Assembly: GCA_051530055.1 (NCBI GenBank)
Contig: CM121342.1
Span: 13,159,480-13,223,479 of the forward strand
From: Neoechinorhynchus agilis
Lineage: Eukaryota > Animalia > Acanthocephala
Direction of reading: 5' to 3'
Length of the DNA: 64,000 nt
Position numbers and translations under genes: made by a program
Notes under the pieces: generated by a model
The model's database searches: none
Told to the model about the DNA's origin: nothing
Seen by the model: only the letters and a program-made list of their open reading frames with translations
Shown here: positions 49,765 through 61,302 of the stretch, piece after piece
Layout: every line of letters starts with the position of its first letter
How positions within the stretch are numbered: the stretch's first letter is position 1

Positions 49765-49835
49765 TAACGATTGAATTATTCATGTTTTTCAATGGCGGAA
49801 AAATTGAATTAATTTATTAGGTCCAATATTTTGGC
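49765..49835 (+). repeat. MITE-like family A, fragment
   Basis: gattgaattattcatgttttt..tggcggaaaaattgaa..tttattaggtccaatattttggca. Confidence 0.65.
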
Positions 49836-50652
49836 ATGGTAGAAAACTTACAAACAACCTTTTAACGAACTGAAGTTTAATTGGTGTTTGCTCGAAGGAT
49901 TTGCTTTTTTCAGTTCTCTAAGTTAAGGCAAATCGTAACGAAAAAACTCGAAGTTGGATGCATTGAAAATCAAAGTGTGATAATGTATGTCAATTATCCG
50001 TCGAAGAGGGAAGAGAGATTCGACTTTCAGTCGTCATTCTTTATCTTCATTAACCTACCTTTATGGGCAAATGAACCGGGCAAAATGTACGCATATTTTC
50101 GCCATATTTAGTATTGTACCGTTAAAGCTTTTTTTTGTTATTGTTGGAACAAAAATATTTCGCATTTTAACCTTTCTATGTCATATTAACACAACATAAG
50201 CCAATACAAATAATTGAGAGTTTATTACAAAGCGAAAACCTCTCGTTAGCAGTCACAGCGACAGAAATGCCTAAACCAATGAATTTTCTCGCTACACCTT
50301 TTGGTGCTCCCGTCGACATAAAAATCGGTTATTTATGCGCTCCCTGCCTTTGTTATTTCCAACCGAAAATCCGCATTGAATGGAACGTCTTTATTAAGAA
50401 AAGGTATCCATGGCAACCCGTAGACAAGCGTAACAAATGAAGGCGTTAGCGAGTTTCACGAAAATAATCGTAGACGGTAATTTTGGTGGTCGTAATCGCG
50501 CATTTATATAGTTGAGCTACTGCTCTAGAACTATGTAATGCCATTGTCTTGAGACCAAGCTTTCTGTTATAAGACGTGTATACACCTGCTGCTTTTCCCT
50601 ACGTTCCTTTCTCCAACATCCGATTCACCGGAATTCCCGTGCTGTTTCAGAT

Positions 50653-53600
50653 ATGTTGACCGAATATATCAAACTGCCGGCATGCGTCCATTTAATCATC
50701 GCAATGGAATTCTGTGAGCGATTCTGCTATTATGGAATGCGAAGTAAGGAGTTTGATTAATTTCTTTTAAACAAGCAACTTTTAGCCATTCTAATTTTGT
50801 ATCTTGTCGAATTTCTGAACATTCCTGAGAACAAAGCTACCTCCATTTTTCACGCTTTCATTTTTATGTGCTACATGTCTCCGGTCGTTGGGGCTATCTT
50901 CGCTGATGGGCTATGTGGAAAATATCGGTATTGTCTAAAGTCAAATTAAAAAACGAGCACTAACTTATTTCCTAATAATAGTACAATAATCACACTATCT
51001 TTTATCTACATGATTGGTTGTATAATGTTAACAATAAGCGCAACTGCTTTCGTTGAAAAAATCCGATGGTATTCTGTGAAATAAAAAGAATGCTTAATGC
51101 TGAAACAATTGCTAGGATGCTTGCAATGATTTCTCTTGTTATTATATCAATAGGAACCGGCGGAATAAAACCATGTGTAAATACATTTGGAGCTGAACAA
51201 GTTCCAATTGAGAAGGTAGGAATTTTAAAATTGTATTTTATTAAAAACTTTGTTAGACAAAAATGCTCGAGGCGTATTTCGCTGCTTTCTATCTTGTAAT
51301 AAATATAGGATCTCTTCTATCGACTGCGATTTCACCTCTTTTAAGAGGTAAATACTTTTTTCTTCAACACACATAGCTTCATTAATGTTTAGCCGAGATC
51401 ACTTGCTTCGGTCACGATTGTTACGCGGCTGCGTTTGGAACAATGACTATTCTCATGAGTTTGGCAGTAGGTTCGTTGTTAGCTTGGTGATTAAAGACCG
51501 CTTCACATTTAAGATTAAAAAATTTAGTCGCATTTGTATCAGGAACAAAGTTGTATAAAAACAACGGCTCGAACCTGTATTCAGTCACTTATGTTGTACC
51601 ATGTCTTGCGGTTAGCTGATATTATGCTTGGAGAGTTCATTTGGGATTATTTCTTGGCGAATAATTTGCAACACTTAGCATCTTTACGCTCCGGGCTCTT
51701 CATTGAGGACACATGAGATCGTTTACAGCTACTAACATTACGTATTGATCGTTGAAAATTAGGTCAATGGCGAGAATTAACAAAGATAATGGAACAACAG
51801 TGGTATTTTTTGCATGATTGCAGAAGATTTCAAAATATTAGCGGCATATTCGATTGCGTCCTCGTTAAAAAACTGCCATCATGATGTCGATTTGTGAGGA
51901 GTTACCGGGGTATATGATTAGAAGTATTATTTAGAAGGCTCCACCGGGTAAATATTTTTATTAAAAACCTTTCAAACCTCGTCGGATACACCAACAAACT
52001 GATGATGGACCCCTCGAGGTTCGAAACATCTTAAAAAATACTTACCGAGTGATGATCTAGATAAAACTTCTAACTTTTTTTCATAGAAAATGAATGAAAT
52101 TGAATCATTGCGTTCGGCCGTGTTGAGGTCAGTTTAACCTAAGGCCAGTAAACGCAAGTCTAAAAAATTTTCCTTTCTTAAAAATTAATATCTTAAAAGT
52201 GCCAAAATAAAATGTTTTCCTTTTATCGTGCCAAAAAGTATTGAACTCCATCACTTAGATAGCTGTATTTCGGTCCATAAAGCGAACGCCGAATCCGGGC
52301 AAACACTGGCTATATCGATCATCGGACAAATACTCGGTAAATTTTCTTGTATTCTCTACCTCACAGTTTCAGTGACTTGTTATAGGAGCATCAGATTTAT
52401 GATGTCAAATGTCTCTTAAATCTTTTCAAACTATTTATTCCTATTCCGATCTTTTGGTCCTTGTTCGATCAAATGGGCTCTCGCTGGACATTGCAGGCTT
52501 TAGAAATGGATGGTGGATTTGTGCGTTCAAAATTTAAACTTGTTGGCGGATTTAAAGTAATCCCGAACATGAGTTTAGGGATCAATATCAATAAAACCCG
52601 ATCAAATGCAGGCGCTAAATTCGATATTGGTGATGGCATTTGTGCCAGCGTTTGAAGCAGTGATATATCCTTTCTTCGTTTCGAAAAATTTGCTCACTAA
52701 GTGAGTCTATCAGTGTGAATGGTGTTAAATTTTGACTATTTTTCGCTAACCGCAGTAATTTCTAGCCAATGCGAGAATGTTGTCCCCAAATAGTTTCGCA
52801 TTAGAAGTTTCCATTTTTTCTTGCATTTCCCCTCAATCCAAGCGCCACTAAATGAAATATTTTCAAACCAGGAAAGTCGAATTTCATCTGTAGTAAATAA
52901 TTTAATTTCCTATTCACTGCATGTATTCTAGACCACTTCAAAGAATGCTTTGGGGTATGTTCATAGCGTCCATTTCGTTTATAACCGCTGCCACCTTACA
53001 AGCTGCCATTAAAGTGAGCGCTTTACAGCTAAGAAATGCGATGCTAAATTTCGGCGTTTAGGTTAATTCCGAAAGATCGCCTGAAGCGTTCATATCGGCA
53101 ATAAATCTCCATGAATGCCCAATCTACTACAATGAACAAATTCTGCCTCATCTGAAAGTAAGCCATATATGGCACTCGCCAATTGTAAGATTCTGTTCGT
53201 AGATTCATCAATTGCCCAGAACGACTCACCTTTCTACAAAATTTTATGAGCCATGTAAAAATTCAAGTCTCACAGTTACCAAAAGTAGTCTTCTTGGCAT
53301 TGATCTACTGGTATTCTTTGGAACCTCATCTGGAGGCATACAATTGGCGAAAGTATTCTTGTTAAAATCAAGCCATAGATTATTTGATATTTCCTAGATC
53401 CCGACTGAAAATCTACCAATGAACGAAAAGAGTTGGTTGAGACTTGTCACAGCTCCAGGTTTAAATGGAACAACAACGGTGCGAGTAAGAGCGAGTGGAG
53501 TGCGCAAACTTGTAGATCTCAAGCAACCCTTATTACCAACAAATTACATGCCACTTAAACCACAAACGTAAGTTGAGTTAGTCGGTGAGGCATTCTCAAG

Positions 53601-54732
53601 CAGGTTAAATGGAAAATGATCAAAGACATACAGTTAGAGAAAATGTTTTTCTTTTATTTTTTGAAGGCATCTTAATATTAATTAAATATAAGGGTTACTT
53701 TCATCATGCTATTTGTTTTATTATCCACCAAAGAAGCCAAAATACTGAAAATTGAGGATCATGTACGAAAAGTGTCAATACTTAAATATAAAGGGTAGAA
53801 AAGGTGAAAATAATTAGACAAATATTAAAATCAAGTATAAAATTCTTTTACCATAGAATTTAGGCGATTAGGATAATGCTAAATTAATGATCCCATTAGT
53901 TGAAATAAAATGTAATTTCGATTGCTCATCTCTGTTTAAGTTATGAAATGTCACTATTTCCTGATGGTGAGGAATTAATTCCGATTTCCTATTTACACAA
54001 TGGAGCACGTTACACGGTTATTGTTTACAAAAACATGGATGGGAAAATCGAGGTATAATAAGTGCATCTATTTGGTTTTAAATCCTAAATTTTCCTTATA
54101 GGCAAAATTGATAAATCAAGCAGAAGGTACCGCGTTGAGCATTTTGTGGCAAATTCCGCAATACGTTTTGATCACTATCGCTGAGGTTTTATTCGCTATC
54201 ACAGGAATGCAATTCGTATTCCACGAAGTGAGTTAATCGATTATTTAAAAATGTCATTTTTCTGAAAAGGCGCCAAAGTCAATGAAATCAATAGTGTCTT
54301 CAGGTTGGCTTATGACAACGGCGTTTGGAAATATGTTGGTTGCCCTCGTGATCGAAACTCATTTATTTAAAAATCAGGTGAGCCTAAAATCTATTGTTAA
54401 GAGCATAATAGTTAATAACCAAAATTCTTAGTAGCACTAAAATAGTTCGTAAATGCTTCACTGGGCCCTTGAATGTCATCCAATGGTGTTAGGGAAAGAA
54501 CATGTAAAAAATGTAACTCATTCAATTAGTTCAATAGGAATTTCGGTTTCTCATCGAGATTTCAACAAAAACTGTTGACGTTTAGGTCCTTGAATATTTG
54601 TTCTTCGCGGGTTTAATGGCATGTGCAGGAATTCTGTTTCACACACTGAGCACATTATACATGCCTTTTAAAGAAGACGTGCTAACAATGGAGACATTAA
54701 AGGCTAACGGAACTGACATGAGCACCGAATGA
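50653..54732 (+). CDS. SLC15A: Proton-coupled oligopeptide transporter (PepT1/2, SLC15A), multi-exon
   Basis: [13 protein letters not shown] (ExxERFxYY), [16 protein letters not shown] (PTR2 signature), [46 protein letters not shown]; stop at 54730-32. A short upstream exon is possible. Confidence 0.92.
51955..52040. ncRNA. Divergent inverted pair of family-1 hammerhead motifs in a PepT intron
   Basis: Plus copy CTGATGA T GGACC cctcga GGTTC GAAAC ATC tt (from 51999). Minus copy is degenerate: tgtatccgacgaggtttgaaaggtttttAATAAA. Confidence 0.55.
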
Positions 54733-54850
54733 CAATAAACCATGTGAGTTATTGTGGGCAAATTACATGAATAATTTAAAACAATCGTATTAAAGATCCA
54801 CATAGTATACATAAAACCTTCTTTTGTCTAACCTTCAGATTAACACGCAA

Positions 54851-57508
54851 TCATTTCGAAAAATATCCGTTGGGTCGCATTATTGGGTATGGACTCATGT
54901 AGTTGTTATATGCTCTATGATTGTTCGGTCCATACGAAACTGTGTTAATGGGAATTGGCTGAGTTAAATTGTTAGCCCCATATTGCGGTTGTGCCATGTA
55001 ATTAAACGTGACATTGCGGAAATCCGCAACAGGACGACGAATTCCAATACCGTGACCGTTATATGAGTAATCGTGTACAAATGCGTTTGGGCCGTAGCGT
55101 ACCTGTTCATAGAGGCGGTCGATCTCTTCGTGGAGCTGGTCCTCGTCGTCATGGATATTTGATACCGTTTCTAATTCACGTCTGGATTGCTCATCGGCTA
55201 TTCGCTTTAAGTGGCGTTCGAGCTTGTATCCAGGTTTCATTTCAAACTGACAGGCAGATGAAATCATCGGCATTTGTGTCGATTGACTGCTCGATCCGCC
55301 CGAGGATATAGCTCAGTGGTCAACGGATATTTAGAAAGGACACGGATAAAATCTATAAAAGCTAAAATTTAGAAAATTAAATCATTTATTTTCCAGATTA
55401 ATTTAAAAAACTTTCTTTTTTCTCTAAAATTGAAATTAGAAATTAATTGCTAGTTAACAATGAAGCTTCTCTTATTACATTTCAACAAAAAAGTGTATCG
55501 TTGATAAAAATTTCTTATTAATAATGAGGTAAAAATTGCTGTTCAGTAAGGTAAAGTTCAATCGCAAATAACTGTGGCCAGAGAAAAGTTTTTGAGCCCA
55601 GATTAGATCGTTGATCACTAGATTAGAGGGAGTATTTATGGGGCTTGCATAAATCCCATTGGTAGATAAATCTTGGTGACTTGAGTTATTTGACTGAGAA
55701 GAAATAGGTGCATATATGCAATTGTCATACATATCCGACAGACGGGCACATATATTAATGAGTTTAGTAAACGAAGGCATTGACTTAATTTCTTTTCCCC
55801 CGTTAACGGCTCGGGCGAATAAAAGTTCATTTGTATAAAGAGGTATGTGGTAGATTGGCTGGTGCTTCCTAAGTGGGATTACAAGGACATTTGTCTGCTC
55901 GTACATCTTTTGGAGTCGCAGGAACGAGTTGAATTGAAGGAGATCTGGGGGTAGGTTTCCAGAGCTCAAATGAACCGTCATGGGGAATCTGAATTTACTT
56001 ACAATATCATGAATCCGATGCATTCCAGCGATGTTCTCGAGTTTCGCCACAGGAGAAAATCGATCATGCCCTTCGAGGTCAATAAGTACTTCATTTTCCC
56101 CATCTTCAGTTAAACATACAACTACCTTATTCTTCAATCCATCCACGTTAATTATCCTTTGAACTTGAATCTTGGATCCATTTTGTAAGATATGAGGACT
56201 AAGAGATAAACGCGATTCCTTGCCAAATCGATCTTCATCACTGATGGGGCGATCTAGCGACTTTCCATAGTCCAGATAACAATGAACGTCTTCTTTTGCT
56301 ATCAGAGTCGATATGTTTCGTGCTATAAATGATTTAAGGACATCCTCAGAGTGGACTATGTGGCCGTCTTCATTCACAACTTCAAACCACCCACGATAAG
56401 TGACAGGTATTGCAATTTTAGGACCGACATACTGGAATTTGGTTCCTCTTCGTTGGTTTGAGTATCGTACCGGCTGACATTGCACGAATGTTGTCCGTTT
56501 GACACTTAGCAAAACTATAGGAGTTGAGGGATCCATTCGGGGGAACAGCCCAGCGGTGGTGTCACTCGCGCCATATCGCCACCGGTTATCATATACTATT
56601 GCAATCGAACCGATTAATTTTTACATAGCATAGATTACGAGCTGCTAAAATTAGAATTGACGAATAGAAGCTAGGATTTGGCGATGTGATTCTAATTAAA
56701 ACGAATGCTAAAGGTATACTTGATTGCTAGTAGATCGATGAAAATGAGTATTCGGACTATAACTAGACTATGATAACTTTTGAGCCCATGAGCAACGTAA
56801 AAGAAAATTGATGATAATTTGTTGAATGTATTGAAATGATTACTACAGTCATCGTTCATTTACTTAGACCTTTTGAAATCGTTTTGATCATTATTTACCC
56901 TACCCTATTCTGGTGTTTGACAGTCTATCGCCTTAATAAAAGATTACTAGAAAAAATGCAATTTTTAGATTGCAAATTTTCTATTTTTTCGCACAAGTAA
57001 ACTCTTATCTGGGGCAAATTTCAAAGAATAACAATTCAGCCAATGCATACCAGTATAAATCGGTTCAGATTGTCCGCACTCGGACGAGTGTAGGAAGCTC
57101 GCATTCAAACTCGTTAATCAAGGTGTCCAAGCTTTCCCCCTCACTGAGCCACTTCAAATGACTTGCAAGTTCACATAGATCATTGGAACCGCCTCTATTA
57201 GTCTCTCCTATTCGCCTAGCAGACGCCCTTCGATTTTGGCTGTATGATTGATTGTAGTACTTTGTATCGGGAACATTAAGACGACTAAAATTCATGCTTT
57301 GTTTGGATTTTTGTCAACATTACTCGACTCCTTATGCCCAATCGAGTTCTGTTGACCTATATGGAACACAATCACTTAGATACTGAGTGTCGTTTGGAAC
57401 GTCGTATCGTGAAGCAGAAGTGCCACGGCTATTCATGGCTTGATTGCGTTCTCCGGAATAAATGTCCAAATTTCCGTTGCTCCTCGTTAGACGATTTCGC
57501 GACTGCAT
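54851..57508 (-). CDS. CABIT-domain protein (Serrano/GAREM/Themis-like); ends approximate
   Basis: KWLSEGESLDTLINEFECELPTLVRV; GPKIAIPVTYRGWFEVVNEDG; GMHRIHDIVSKFRFPMTVHL; tandem CABIT-like pattern. The join to the Tyr/Pro/Asn-rich ORF 55273-54851 was not resolved. Confidence 0.7.
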
Positions 57509-59249
57509 TTCAGTACTTGCCTTTAACTCATGTCAAAGGTTAATGAAGGAAGGAAGCTAAAGTGAGGACAGCGAAGATATCTTGGTGTAAGTGTGGAGTG
57601 AAGATAAAGGTGTGTGTGTTAGGTATAGCACTTTTAATGAATACAAATGGTAATATAAGAACATACAAAGAAGACAATACTACGTTCAAAAGAAGATAGC
57701 CTCACACATCCGTGTTACCGTTTTTGAGGAAAGGTAGACGTTGTTGTCTACACATTTCAAAACGATGACTGTCTGACGGTGATTTTACGAGGTTCAATTG
57801 CGCCACTAACGCCCGTAAAGCTTATGGAAAAATCCGCGTCTTTTTAAAACGTCGACATTTAGTTATCTTGATTTCAAGGGCTTCATTGTGCGATTTTCGA
57901 TTATTGCACCAAAAAGTTGTTCTAAGAATAGCAAAATTGCTAATTTTAGGTGAAGAGTACAAAAGTGCTGCGTACATTCTGAACGTTCAACATTTCAACT
58001 TTTAGCTGTTGCCTACGCTCATTGACAACTCAGACAGCGTAAACATAAGTGACAAAAGGAAGATCTTGAGGTCCCAGTTTCCAAACAAGTTTCGGTTTCA
58101 CCTAATGAATCGACACTAAGGGAACCACACCTTAAGAAATTTAGTTGGTGAGGAAGAGGTTGGCATATGTAATGATATGGTCATCGTAGATTTAAATCGA
58201 AGGGAGTGACTTAGACTGCAGTAGACGCTACGGTGTAAATTGACATCGCAAAAAAACACAGTTTGAGGTAACGTTACTAACTACAATTTAAGCGTTGATA
58301 TATACTTGAACGGATGCAAAGCGTTTCACGGATTGCTTTAATGTTTTAATAAATCCATTTAACTCTAATGATGTCTGAAATTCTCAGAAGCCGTGCAATG
58401 TGAGTCATACGTTCTTTAGAATTTTAAAATCAAATGACCAAATTTAATTCCAACTGCTTATGGTTTGACCAGAATATTATCAGTTTTTACCAAGAAACAT
58501 TTCTATGAAATGTAACTCATAATAACATTAGGTGCGCTATTTTTCTGAGTAAGTACAGCGCATAGATATAACTCAAAAATGCTGTTGAGAACAAACGACC
58601 TGAATATTCATCAGTTTACAATATCGTCCGAATCGTTAGTAAAAATGAAGACTGTCTGAGAGCAAATCCTCATTGTCCACCAGAGACTCAATAATGTGCA
58701 ATTTAAGTCATCTATAAGAGATATTCTGAGTAAATACTGCTGAGACACTGCCTATTTGACGATTAGATAATTTTGCAAAGCGAGATATTTGAGCAATTCG
58801 TTAAGAAACAAAATGTGCCTTATGGTTTCATTAGATCGCAAGTGCGAATTATGAAAACAATTTCACGAGCATTCAATTTTTGACATGGATGTAATATGTT
58901 AAAATATAAAATTAAACTTCTACGGTCGTCTTGTCAAACTTTTTTGACGCGACGGATAACTAATTTGTTTTCTAAGCCGATTTTAACGGGAAAAGTTAAA
59001 ATTTAAAATACTGTCTATAAAAATCATTCACAATAGTTTCTTTGTATTAAAATTTTGTCAATAATAATGTATGTTGATTTGAGGCATCCCTTCCTCGGAT
59101 TTTTTAGTTTTTCCTTCTTGGCATACAGTCAAACCGATCTCCTACATCGGAGAAGTGATTGAATCACCTAGACTCTGATGCATACGGTTATGCCTCGTAA
59201 TAGTTCAGTGCACAAGCCTATAGTAATCATTAAGTAGAAATTGAATAAA

Positions 59250-60420
59250 CATTCAGACACGTTTTAGTGAGTCTTTTGTAAAATATCTTCCATGATGCAT
59301 ACTATGTGCATTATCGTAGGACATTAGGATACAGCGGCATCGTTACAAATTTTTTATGTTGGAAAAGTAGTATTTTTTGGTGTTTAGCCCCGAGTTTTAT
59401 AGTAAATTCGTTATCCATTCTCTAAATGAGTACTAAAATGAACCACCGTTGGGCGGCGTTCATTGATACTGATATATCTTTCTAACTGGCACTGAGACAC
59501 TTTGTAATTAGTGTTTGTAATTGTGAGGTCGAAAGCAGCCATATCACAATGTATTTGATAGACTTCACGGAGTTACAGTACTCGACATTGATGTGAGCTT
59601 GGAACGTTTTGGAAAGAAGTGGACAGCATGGAACAACCCATTTCTTATTCATTTCGAACGTTGTGTTGCCTTTGATCTAGAGCGTTGCTGCAAAACCACC
59701 ATCTTCTGGACATCCTCTTCTATATTTAGGATAACCATTATCTCTAGTTTGTGTACGCTCGAGCAATTGTCTTGGCTATTTCTTAGTATATTTCCCATGC
59801 TAAAGGCGCGGAGAGCATTTATATCGATTTTACCGAGTGGTTCGTGAATCATATTGGGTTTCACAACGGCATTTAAATGTGGATCATCAGGATTAGGAAA
59901 TTCAGAAGCGATGATATCATTAATTTTGTTTTTACGAATTTTGCTTTTAGCAAGGTGAGGCTATGAGAATGTGGAAGTCGTCGCTTCTGCGAATCTATGG
60001 AGTACATCAAGCATTGCGCATGTTCAAGGAAGTAACTTAGCGTAATGAGGTTAATAATTTCATTTGCTTTTACCCTCGAAATGTGAGTCTGTAGTGATCG
60101 CGCCAAGTTGGATTGCAGGTTCATAATTAGCATCTATACCATATTCATAGATATGTGCAGAATCTTCCGTAAATGTAGCGAGTAGAATGACTAACATCCC
60201 AATATCGTCTACGTTTTCAACATTCTCCACAGCATCCCATAAGTGGATATATTCATCCACTCATAGTTCTCTTTATTGTAGACATGTCGCGGAAGTTTCT
60301 ACAAATCATGGACATAAAATCCTTCGGGATAATCAAGTTATAATCTTGGTGAACATAATCCCGAGCATTACATATTTGAAATAATTCACTAGGTAACATC
60401 GTCTCTTCAGTCATTGTAAA
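59250..60420 (-). mobile_element. Helitron Rep (HUH endonuclease) remnant
   Basis: VDEYIHLWDAV..DIGMLVILLATFT..AHIYEY; MYSIDSQKRRLPHSH (HUH); NMIHEP; AHINVEYCNSVKSIKYI/DMAAF; RYISINE..RPTVVH..HLENG*RIYY; many stops and frameshifts. Confidence 0.88.
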
Positions 60421-60609
60421 TTAATGTGAGTGTACCTCGAGAAATATTTCAAATAAATTAAGTCATGCCTCGGATTATTTTTACCAAAATTATAAACTCC
60501 TGCAAATATTTTAAATTTATACAGGATTTTAAAAGGCCACACGGATAAAAAAATTATTAATAAGCGTAATTCATTTTTATCCATCAAGAAATAAGATAGC
60601 AATAATGAA

Positions 60610-61150
60610 ATGCGATCGTGTGATTACATCGGACATGGTTTCATGTATTCGGGATTAGAAGATGCTCCATTCTGTATGATCTGCTATTCAACTCTGTCGA
60701 ATGAGACGCTTGTTCCTAGCAAATCTAAGAGACACCCGGAAACAAAACACCCAGTCGTAAAAGAGCAACCGAAGAAATACTTTGAAATCGTTAGGACTCG
60801 ACAAAATAAACAAGCTGAGAAACATACGAATTACCTAAAGCTGTCACAAAAGGAATTGAATGAAAATTATAAAGTAGCTCAGTTGTTAGCAAAAACGCAA
60901 CGAGATGCATGCAGATGCTGAATCAGTCATTGCACAAGATTTAGCGATAGATGTTGAAACTATTCTTGAACAGCCGCCGAAAAACTTTAGAAAGTACCTT
61001 TGTCAAATGATTCTGCCAAGCGCAGAATTGAAGACCAATAGTCAGATTTGTAATATCAAATCTGCGAATATATTGACGCGTCTAACGATGAAGTGTCTTT
61101 GCTGTGGTCTCCTCAAGGTAATGAAAACACAAACGTTAAGGCAAAGCAAA
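60610..61150 (+). mobile_element. Buster-type hAT (ZBED5/ZBED8-like) transposase remnant
   Basis: GFMYSGLEDAPFCMICYSTLSNETLVPSKSKRHPETKHP..KYFE..YKVAQLLAK matches the Buster pattern GF..P.CVIC.E.LSNE.MKPSKLKRHLETKH..SY.VA.LIAK. Confidence 0.85.
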
Positions 61151-61302
61151 AATGTTCGTTTTTATTCAGAACATGACAGACTAAAAATGTGTCAACGAAT
61201 TCTTATTTTGAAAAGACTTACAAACCACGGCCAAACACGATGCTATTTTCAGCACGACGAATGAAAACATTTTGCTCTTAAAATAACAGGTCAATTGCCA
61301 AC

